Position numbers and translations under genes: made by a program
Shown here: piece after piece, positions 26,765 to 37,403 of the stretch
How the letters are laid out: each line of letters starts with the position of its first letter
Numbering within the stretch: the first letter of the stretch is position 1
NCBI GenBank assembly: GCA_035084275.1
Contig: CM068752.1
Location: 8,308,001-8,372,000, forward strand
DNA length: 64,000 bases
Direction: 5' to 3'
Origin: Hydrolagus colliei
Lineage: Eukaryota
The notes under the pieces: generated by a model
The model's input: the letters and a program-made list of their open reading frames with translations, nothing else
Told to the model about the DNA's origin: nothing
Databases searched by the model: none

Positions 26765-29239
26765 ATGGGATATTATCAGATATGTTGGTTGATAAAATCG
26801 CATCTTGTGTACTGTATATTATACTCCTGGAGTCTGGTTTCCGGGGAGATTCGTTACTCGGTCCCTGAAGAGCTGCAACTGGGCGCCTTTGTTGGGAATA
26901 TCGCGGACGATTTGGGGTTAGACGTGAAAGAGCTGTCGGCTCGCAGTTTCCGTATCGTGTCTGGTGCCAGCAAACAGTATCTGGACGTCAATCTGGCCAA
27001 TGGGCATGTTTTCGTGAAGGCAAAAATCGACAGAGAAGAACTTTGTGGGTCGAGAACCTCATGCGCTTTGTCCTTAGAAGCAGTGCTTGAAAACCCGCCC
27101 AACGTGTTCCATGTTGAAGTGGAAATACAAGACGTGAACGATAATTCTCCCCGTTTCGCAGAGAGCCCGATCCGCCTTGAAATCTCAGAGGTCGCTGTGC
27201 CTGGATCTCGCTTCGCTCTTGAGAATGCCCAGGATCCAGACGTGGGCACCAATTCCCTTCAAACCTACCAGCTTGATGCTAATGATTACTTTTCCCTTCA
27301 TGTTGACACCCTGAGTGGAGAGGGGAAGTTACCGGTGCTGGTGCTGGAAAAGCCTCTGGATAGAGAGAAACAATCAACCCACAGTTTAGTCCTAACGGCC
27401 ACAGACGGAGGTGTCCCGGTCAGGATCGGCACAGCTCAGGTCACAATATCGGTGCAGGATGCAAACGACAACGCGCCCACTTTCCTGCAGTCGGTTTACA
27501 GAGTCAGTCAGTTGGAAAACGCGCCCAAGGGGACCTTGGTGATTAAACTAAACGCCACCGACTTGGACGACGGCCCCAACGGAGAGATAGTTTATTCTTT
27601 CAGCAGTCACACATCTGCTCGTGTGCGTGAATTATTTGCGGTGAATTCCAGAACCGGCGAAATCAAAGTGAAAGGACGATTAGACTATGAAGAGAACACT
27701 GCGTTTAAGATCAATGTTCAGGCAACTGATAAGGGGCCCTCTGCTATCCACACCTACTGCCATGTGTTAGTGGATGTTGTTGATGTAAATGATAACGCAC
27801 CTGAGGTGACCCTGACCTCTCTGTTCAGCCCAGTCAGTGAAGCTTCACGACCCGGCACATTGGTAGCTCTGATAGGTGCAACCGACAGAGACTCAGGAGC
27901 AAATGGAAAGGTGGACTGTCAAATTCTCAACCAGATTCCTTTCAAACTGGATTCATCCTCCAAGAACTATTACAGGTTAGTCACAAGCAGACGACTGGAT
28001 CGCGAGGACACCTCGACATACGACATTACTGTTGCCTGCAGTGACAGAGGCTCCCCTCCCCTCACAGGCAAGAAACACATCCGGGTGGAGGTGTCTGATA
28101 TCAATGACAGCGCGCCACGGTTTGCCCAGCCTTCATACACAGCCCACGTGATGGAGAACAGCGTTATTGGGAGTTCGATCTACTCAGTCACAGCTCTGGA
28201 TCCGGACGCAAATGAGAACTCTCGACTGACCTACTCTATCCTGGAGAGTCAAGTTCAGAACACGTCAGTGTTCAACTACGTCTCCATTAACCCGCAGAAT
28301 GGCGATCTTTTATCTCAGAAATCGTTTGACTTTGAACAACTCAAAAGCTTCCAGATCCTCGTTCAGGCACAGGACCAAGGAGAGCCGGCGTTGTCCAGTA
28401 ACGTGTCTGTGGATATCACCATTCTGGATCAGAACGACAACTCCCCAGTGATCGTGTCTCCATTACCAGAGTTTGGCTCAACGGTGACAGAGACTGTATC
28501 TCGGTTGGCAGAGCCAGGCTACCTGGTGGCCAAGGTCTCGGCCATTGACGCTGACACGGGGCAGAATGGGCGTCTGTCTTACCAAATTCTCCAGGCCACT
28601 GACCCTGGGCTTTTCACCATCTCCCCTGACACAGGAGAAATCTGGACCATCCGCAGTGTTAGGGACAGAGATGCCAAGAAGCAAAGGCTGGTCATTGTGG
28701 TGAAGGACAATGGAAGTCCCTCACTCTCAGCCACAGTAACCATCATGTTATCAGTGGTGGGTGGAGAGGCGGAAATGCTCTCTGAAGTCAATGTTTTACC
28801 AGGAGATCCCTGGGTCACTTCTGATATCAGTATTTACCTGGTGATAGGCCTGGGAACAATCTCCACCATTTTTCTTGTGGTTTTAATCGTCCTGGCTTTT
28901 AAAGTCCACAACAAACGGAACGGTTTTGGAACCAATAGCTGTTTGCTGGGTACATGTTGTTGTTTGGAATCAAGCAGTTCACTGAATGGCATTCAAAGAA
29001 CCAGTAGAAATATTCAGATTCCTCCCAACTATGTTGAAGTGTTTGGGGGTGATCCGCTTTCCCAGAGTTTCCGCTATGGGTCATATTCAACTTCCGGTTC
29101 TTCCAAAGGAGGTTTCCAATTTTCCAACACACACAGTTCATCCACCCACAGGAATAAAGCCAGGAGTGAACCAATTGGGAGCGATGGAAATCAACTGGGA
29201 TCGAATTCTGCAAATTATAGGAACTGCGTAAATAACGAG
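26765..29239 (+). CDS. Clustered protocadherin variable exon V9 (5' half V10-like, 3' half V8-like)
   Basis: Same layout; ATG 26765; donor GAG|GTGAGA at 29239/29240. Confidence 0.95.
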
Positions 29240-29871
29240 GTGAGAGGTTTCTAAAGTTAATCATGAAACCTCGTCGGTTTGATACCCAACCAACGTATAA
29301 TATAATGTTCGAATCGATGCGGATATGGGATCCATTGAAATCAATGGGGTTCGATTTTCATTTCAGTTGTTTTTCCTCTTCATTCTTCTCAGTCCTGATC
29401 TGCGATATCTTCCAAGTGTTCAGATATAATTACAGTTAAATAAGTTTTTTGCAGGACTTCAAGTCCAACCGAATCTTTTGGATTGATGTTTTCTGATTTT
29501 TTGTGAGTGATATATTTTAGGGTTGTGCTGCAGATTTAATTTCTTTCCAATCGTGTGTTATTATACAAACGTTGTACGGGAAATATACTCACGTGGTATT
29601 TTGATAATTAAATTCATTTTATTTACGTGAGCAAAAATCATGGACGAGTCGGAGGTTTGCTTTAATAATCACAGTGAGTCAGACGTAAACTATGTAAGTG
29701 TGCGCTTTGTACTGGATTCCGAGCGTTATCAGAGGCCATGTAGAGCCGTTCTTAGGATACATGATAGGATCGCTAAATGCACGTATGAAATAATTAAAGG
29801 TGAGGTGTACCCTTAATTTACCTTTCACTTCAATAAGTGTACAGTTTTACGCTTGTTGTGGAGACATTCTT

Positions 29872-29985
29872 GCTTTAAGACATGTCCTGTGCCGTGATTG
29901 GTTGAGTACGGGGCCACCAATGAGAAGCTGAGATGTGAACAGAGATCTTGACCGCCCCCTTCCCCTTCCCCTCCACCATCACCAT
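29872..29985 (+). promoter_or_regulatory. V10 promoter cassette (20-nt box spacing)
   Basis: GCTTTAAG 29872, ATTGG 29897, CCAAT 29917. Confidence 0.75.
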
Positions 29986-30247
29986 CAGTCCATCAGATAC
30001 CAGTGAACATTGGGTAGCGAGCTGCGTAAACGAACGCTGGGATTATTTGTGCAACGTTTTGTGATATCTACAGAAACGGGATAATGATTCCAGGAAAAAA
30101 GCTCAGCGAATTGTAATAAAAACATACAGGTATTTGTGTGTTACTTAGCGTGTCTGCTGGTGAAAATGACTCGTAACTAAATGTATTCCAGGGTTGATTC
30201 CCCGGCGCCGTGTTGTTCTGAGGCTGTTGAAATGCTTTGTGCTGGAT

Positions 30248-32722
30248 ATGGGATATTATCAGATATGTTGGTTTATAAAATGGCATCTCGTGTACTGTAT
30301 ATTATACTCCTGGAGTCTGGTTTCCGGAGAGATTCGTTACTCGGTCCCTGAAGAGCTGCAACTGGGCGCCTTTGTTGGGAATATCGCGGACGATTTGGGG
30401 TTAGACGTGAAAGAGCTGTCGGCTCGCAGTTTTCGTATCGTGTCCGGTGCCAGCAAACAGTATCTGGACGTCAATCTGGCCAATGGGCATGTTTTCGTGA
30501 AGGCAAAAATCAACAGAGAAGAACTTTGTGGGTCGAGAACCTCATGCGCTTTGTCCTTAGAAGCTGTGCTTGAAAACCCTCCCAACGTGTTCCATGTTGA
30601 AGTGGAAATACAAGACGTGAACGATAATTCTCCCCGTTTCGCAGAGAGCCCGATCCGCCTTGAAATCTCAGAGGTCGCTGTGCCTGGATCTCGCTTCGCT
30701 CTTGAGAAAGCCCAAGATCCAGACGTGGGCACCAATTCCCTTCAAACCTACCAGCTTGATGCAAATGATTACTTTTCCCTTCACGTTGACACCCTGAGTG
30801 GAGAGGGGAAGTTACCGGTGCTGGTGCTGGAAAAGCCTCTGGATAGAGAGAAACAATCAACCCACAGTTTGGTGCTAACGGCCACAGACGGAGGTGTCCC
30901 GGTCAGGACCGGCACAGCTCAGGTCACAATATCGGTGCAGGATGCAAACGACAACGCGCCCACTTTCCTGCAGTCGGTTTACAGAGTCAGTCAGTTGGAA
31001 AACGCGCCCAAGGGGACCTTGGTGATCAAACTAAACGCCACCGACTTGGACGACGGCCCCAACGGAGAGATAGTTTATTCTTTCAGCAGTCACACATCTG
31101 CTCGTGTGCGTGAATTATTTGCGGTGAATACCAGAACCGGCGAAATCAAAGTGAAAGGACGATTAGACTATGAAGAGAACACTGCGTTTGAGATCAATGT
31201 TCAGGCAACTGATAAGGGGCCCTCTGCTATCCACACCTACTGCCATGTGTTAGTGGATGTTGTTGATGTAAATGATAACGCACCTGAGGTGACACTGACC
31301 TCTCTGTTCAGCCCAGTCAGTGAAGCTTCACGACCCGGCACATTGGTAGCTCTGATAGGTGCAACCGACAGAGACTCAGGAGCAAATGGAAAGGTGGACT
31401 GTCAAATCCTCAACCAGATTCCTTTCAAACTGGATTCATCCTCCAAGCACTATTACAGGTTAATCACAAGCAGACGACTGGATCGCGAGGACACCTCGAC
31501 ATACGACATTACTGTGGCCTGCAGTGACAGAGGCTCCCCTCCCCTCACAGCCAAGAAACACATCCGGGTGGAGGTGTCTGATATCAATGACAGCGCGCCA
31601 AGGTTTGCCCAGCCTTCATACACAGCCCACGTGATGGAGAACAACGTTATTGGGAGTTCGATCTACACAGTCACAGCTCTGGATCCAGACGCAAATGAGA
31701 ACTCTCGACTGACCTACTCTATCCTGGAGAGTCAAGTTCAAAACACGTCAGTGTTCAACTACGTCTCCATTAACCCGCAGAATGGCGATCTTTTATCTCA
31801 GAAATCGTTTGACTTTGAACAACTCAAAAACTTCCAGATCCTCGTTCAGGCACAGGACCAAGGAGAGGCGGCGCTGTCCAGTAACGTGTCTGTGGATATC
31901 ACCATTCTGGATCAGAACGACAACTCCCCAGTCATCGTGTCTCCATTACCAGAGTTTGGCTCAACGGTGAAAGAGACTGTATCTCGGTTGGCAGAGCCAG
32001 GCTACCTGGTGGCCAAGGTCTCGGCCATTGACGCTGACACGGGGCAGAATGGGCGTCTGTCTTACCAGATTCTCCAGGCCACTGACCCTGGGCTTTTCAC
32101 CATCTCCCCTGACAGAGGAGAAATCTGGACCATCCGCAGTGTTAGGGACAGAGATGCCAAGAAGCAAAGGCTGGTCATTGTGGTGAAGGACAATGGAAGT
32201 CCCTCACTCTCAGCCACAGTGACCATCATGTTATCAGTGGTGGGTGGAGAGGCGGAAATGCTCTCTGAAGTCAATGTTTTACCAGGAGATCCCTGGGTCA
32301 CTTCTGATATCAGTATTTACCTGGTGATAGGCTTGGGATCAATCTCCACCATTTTCCTCGTGATTTTAATCGTCCTGGCTTTTAAAGTCCACAACAACAG
32401 GAACGGTTTTGGAACCAATAGCTGTTTGCTGGGCACATGTTGTTATTTGGATTCGAGTAGTTCCCTGAATGGAATTCAAAGAGCCAGTAGAAATATTCAG
32501 ATTCCTCCCAACTATGTTGAAGTGTTTGGGGGTGATCCACTGTCTCAAAGTTTTCGCTATGGGACATGCTCAACGTCTGGTTCGAGCAAGAGAGACTTCA
32601 TGTTTTCCAACGAGGGCAGGTCATCTGCACACAGGAATAACCCCAGGAATCACTCTGTTGGTAAAGAAGGAAACTCACTGGCGTTTAACGCCACACCTTG
32701 TGCTATCAGTGTAAATACTGAG
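30248..32722 (+). CDS. Clustered protocadherin variable exon V10
   Basis: Same layout; ATG 30248; donor GAG|GTGAGA at 32722/32723. Confidence 0.95.
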
Positions 32723-33018
32723 GTGAGACGCCTCGTACGTTTGGTTTTATAGAATATTCTAGCATTTGGTGATGCCTTTTTGCCCAACCAGCCTTTGGTT
32801 GTTAGTAGTTTCTCCTCTGTTGGAGCTAATTATTCCCATCCATGTCTTTCCCGTAATCTTGTGTGTTGTTCCTCTGTTGTCGTGTCGAGTTAGAGATCAG
32901 GAATGATTTGGAAAGAATATGCAATGGTGGCTCCGGCTCTAGCAGCTGAATGACCTAGTTCCTATGTTTTTACATAGCTATGTTTGTATAGGTAACAAAA
33001 GCCAATGGAGAACTCAAC

Positions 33019-33029
33019 TGTGTGTGTGT

Positions 33030-33059
<30 letters not shown>
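33019..33059. repeat. (TG)6 microsatellite followed by ~30-nt poly-G run
   Basis: Seen directly. Confidence 0.95.
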
Positions 33060-33060
<1 letters not shown>

Positions 33061-33444
33061 AAGAAAGAATCAAACTTATCAGTATTTTAGGATTTTGTCT
33101 ATTCATATATTAATCACAAGTGCGGGGCTGTATGATTCACAGTGGTTATATACTGTATGTTGTCAGGAAGAAAGTTAATTAGCATAGGCTCCTTTAATAA
33201 AGGGACGAATAGGAGAATTGGCGAGATGGGTTCTGCTTATTCGTACGAATATCACATGTTCCATCTGCAGTACGATGTGTTTAACAGGCGGACGCGAAAG
33301 GTGTTAGTAAGTGAACTCGCGATCACAATGGTCGATTGGTGGTAAAGAGGTTATCGAACAAGTTTTTAATTGCGCCACAGTAAATGTATATTTATTTTTA
33401 CGCAGTTTTTTTTAAAAAGTTTGAATTTTTACGAAGACATCACA

Positions 33445-33566
33445 GCTTTAAGAAACGTTCAGCTTCCTGATTGGTAGGACGGGAGTGTGGCTCCGTTGAC
33501 CAATGAGAAGCTGTAATGTGACGAGAGATCCTGCCTGTCTCCTTCCCTCCCCCATTCCACCATCAC
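33445..33566 (+). promoter_or_regulatory. V11 promoter cassette
   Basis: GCTTTAAG 33445, ATTGG 33470, CCAAT 33500. Confidence 0.75.
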
Positions 33567-33827
33567 AGATCATCAGAGACAGACTCAATGTGAATGGCGA
33601 GCTGCCTTAGCGTTATATTAGCTTGCGCTGCCCACCGATTTACCGCAACCATTGCTACAAAATCGTAGGTATCTTGCGTGTGTGTGTGGGGGTGTGTGTG
33701 TGTGTGCTACTGTTCATCAGATATTCTTCTCCATAACAAAAATGTCTGAAAAGTCACTTTATTCCTAAGAAAATATTCAACGGTACCGGTGCCGTGATCA
33801 AGCGACTGAAATGCTTTGTGCTGTAAA

Positions 33828-36281
33828 ATGGGATGGTATAGGGTAAGCTGCTGGTCGCTCAAATGGCAATTGTTTTACTCAATCCTCTCTTGCTGGAGCC
33901 CAGTTCACGGGCAGATTCGTTACTCGGTCCCCGAAGAATTGCAACCCGGCGCCTTTGTGGGGAATATCGCGCAGGATTTGGGGTTGGAAGCCAGAGAGTT
34001 GGCGGCTCGCAGATTCCGCATCGTGTCGGGTCCCAGGAAGCAATATCTGGACGTGAATGTGGACAACGGGATGTTATTCGTGAAGGAAAAAATCGACAGG
34101 GAAGAGCTGTGCGGGGCCAGCCTGGCGTGTGTGCTGCCTCTGGAGGGTGTGGTTGAAAACCCGGTGAACGTATATCATGTGGAGGTGGAAATAGTGGATG
34201 TGAATGATAATGCGCCCAGCTTCCCAAAGAGCCAGTTCCGCCTTGAAATCTCAGAGGTGGCCTCGCCAGGGGCTCGCTTCGCCCTGGAATGTGCTCACGA
34301 CCCGGACATTGGAACCAATTCTCTGCAGACGTATGACCTGCTGGGAGACGAATATTTCAGCCTCAATATCGACCCACTGAGCGGGGATGGGAAGCTACCC
34401 GTATTGGTCTTGGAAAAGCCCCTGGACAGAGAAACGCTGCGGATCCACAGGTTAGTGCTGGTGGCCAGGGATGGTGGGGTCCCAGAGAGATCAGGCACCG
34501 CACAAGTGAACATCATAGTACAGGATGCAAACGACAACGCGCCGGTTTTCTCAGAGTCAGTCTATAGGGTTAGTCTGTCGGAAAACGTACCCAAAGGGAC
34601 TCCTGTGGTCAAAGTTAATGCCACCGACCTGGATGTGGGTCCTAACGGTGAGATCGTTTACTCCTTTGGCAGCCACACGTCGGGGAGAGTGCGTGAGCTG
34701 TTTGCGCTGAACGCCAGGACTGGTGAGATCAACGTTAAAGGGGAATTGGACTATGAGGAATATGGTGTGTATGAGATTAACGTGGAAGCAAAGGACAAGG
34801 GGTCTAATGCAATCCCCGCTTACTGTCATGTGTTGGTGGATGTTGTGGATGTCAATGATAACCCGCCTGAAGTCACCCTGACCTCCTTATTCAGCCCAGT
34901 GAATGAGGACGCGAGGCCAGGGACTGTAGTGGCTCTGATCAGCGCAACAGATAGGGACTCGGGGGATAATGGACAGGTTCAATGCCGGATAGCCAACAGT
35001 TATTACTTCAGGCTGGACTCATCCCTGAAGAACTATTACAGGTTGTTGACCCAGAGGCCGCTGGACCGTGAAAATATCTCCCAGCACGACTTGACTGTCG
35101 TGTGCAAGGACAACGGCTCCCCTTCTCTCTCAACCAACGCTACCATCGGGGTGGAGGTGTCTGATGTGAATGACAACTCCCCGATTTTCCTGCAGCCTCT
35201 GTACACGGCGCGTGTGATGGAGAATATCGTTATCGGGGCTTCCATTTTCTCGGTGACAGCTCGCGATCCGGATTCACACCGGAACGCTCAACTCTCTTAC
35301 TCGCTCCGGGGCGGCCAAGTGGAGGGGCAGTCGGTTTCGAACTACGTCTCTGTCGACTCGGCTTCTGGGGATATTTTCTCCCGGAGATCCTTCGACTACG
35401 AGCAGCTTAAAAGCTTTCAGATCCAAGTTGAGGTTCAGGACAGTGGGGAGCCGCCGCTCAGCAGCAACGCTTCAGTGGATATAATCATCCTGGACCAGAA
35501 TGACAACTCCCCAGTCATCGTGTCTCCATTACCAGAGTTTGGCTCAACAGTGACAGAGACTGTATCTCGGTTGGCAGAGCCAGGCTGCCTGGTGGCCAAG
35601 GTCTCAGCCACTGACGCTGACACGGGGCAGAATGGGCGTCTGTCTTACCAGATTCTCCAGGCCACTGACCCTGGGCTTTTCACCATCTCCCCTGACACGG
35701 GAGAAATCTGGACCATCCGCAGTGTTAGGGACAGAGATGCCAACAAGCAAAGGCTGGTCATTGTGGTGAAGGACAATGGATCACCATCGCTGTCAGCCAC
35801 CATGACCATCGTGTTATCAATAGTGGGCGGTGATGCAGAAACTCTCTCGGATGGGAACAAGTTATCAGAACGTCCCGAATCCGTTCCCCCTTTGAGCCTT
35901 TACTTAGTCATATCTTTGGGTGCAATCTCTTCCATTTTCCTGGTGGTGTTAGTCATCCTGGCAGTGATGGTTCACCGAAACAGAACTGGTTTGGCCGCCC
36001 GGAGTTGCTGTTCTCTGGCTGCTTGCTGTGGCTTGGAAAGGAGGCATTCGCTGAATGGGATCCAGAAAGCCAGCAGAAACCTCCAGATCCCCCCCAACTA
36101 TGTGGAAGTCTTTGGGGGCGACCCTCTCTCTCAAAGTTATCGCTACGGGTCGTGTTCGACCTCTGGCTCAACCAAAGAGGATTTCGGGTATGCCAAGGCG
36201 CACAGGAACGGAACGCTTCGGATGGAGGAACCCGCCACAATGTTAAACTGTGAACATTTTAGGAAATCTATAAAGAGTGAG
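33828..36281 (+). CDS. Clustered protocadherin variable exon V11
   Basis: Same layout; ATG 33828; donor GAG|GTGAGG at 36281/36282. The ORF-track extension to 36548 is intronic read-through. Confidence 0.93.
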
Positions 36282-36974
36282 GTGAGGCGCTGGATTGAGA
36301 GGTCAGATGGGGGGAACACACGTTGGGGGCAGGTATCTGTGGATAGATACCTGTCCACCGACACTCAATCTAGTCTGTGGAGGAGAGAGATATACCATTT
36401 TTTAGTACTGTATATTAATAGATATTTAAAGCGTCCACGTATCACTTTCACTTCTTCTCTTCGCAGTGTCAACCTGTTGTTGATTTATTTTTACAAAAAA
36501 AGTTGTGAATTGAGATTTCTCTCGAGTTTAATGCCCTCCTGGTGGTAGTAACTGCAATTGCAAATCATGCTCGCACTGATTTATTTGCACTGCCCTCCAA
36601 TGCTGCAAATAAGCTGCATCTGATAGTGTACAACAGTGAACTCTAAAATTCGTGTCCATTACTTTATCCACCCCCCCCCCATCCCACCATCGAGCTTCTT
36701 AATGTAGAATAGGTGTGATATACAGAAAATGTTAGGATCAAATTAAGGCCATTCAGCCCATCGAGCCTGTCCTGGAAGCTTACTGGATCAGAGCAGATCG
36801 TTTAATCCCATTTCACCTAAATGATAGTGATGAATAAGAATAATAACCGTTGGCAAAACAAGCCAGGTAGCTTAGCATTGAGTAGTGTCTGAAAAATCAA
36901 CGGGATAAAAGGGTATTTTTTGATTGAGCAACTTTAAACGCGAATGCCACGCCGAGCTTCACTGGGACGTGCTC

Positions 36975-37097
36975 GCTTTAAGTGGGAGCTGGGTTAGCGA
37001 TTGGTTGAACTTGAGCCTGTCTCCTTCCACCTATCGGGAGCCGAGTTGTGCCTGAGAGATCCACAGTGCCCTCTCCCTTTCTCCAGTCACCATCGCA
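36975..37097 (+). promoter_or_regulatory. V12 promoter cassette (second box mutated to CCTAT; most divergent copy)
   Basis: GCTTTAAG 36975, ATTGG 37000, CCTAT 37030, GAGATCC retained. Confidence 0.7.
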
Positions 37098-37403
37098 CAA
37101 TCAGATGCTGAGTGAAGACGTACATACACACATAGCCAGCCAGCTGCACAAGGCTATGGTTAGGCTGTGTGTGTGTGTGTGTATAAAGCTCCACCATGGT
37201 GATTGTAGAGGGATGGGGGGGTGGACGGAGAGGATTTATTTTCACACACAAACAAGTAATTTATTTGGAGCGCATCTGAGCTCTTTTTTTTCCTGGTTGA
37301 AATGGAATGTGAACAACTTTATTCCCTGGGATAATTGCTGAACGGAGTCGCAGTGTCACGTTGAAACACTTATTTTTTGTGGAGGCGATGCTTTGAGCTA
37401 GAG

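Noticed and set aside
33030-33059. Poly-G run as a functional G-quadruplex
   Set aside because: A single unconserved homopolymer next to a microsatellite; its length is unreliable in assemblies.
36282-36548. 910-aa version of V11 and the short post-donor extensions of the other ORFs
   Set aside because: Read-through past the conserved GAG|GTGAG donor into the intron. The ORF-track TTG/GTG starts upstream of the true ATGs were also rejected.
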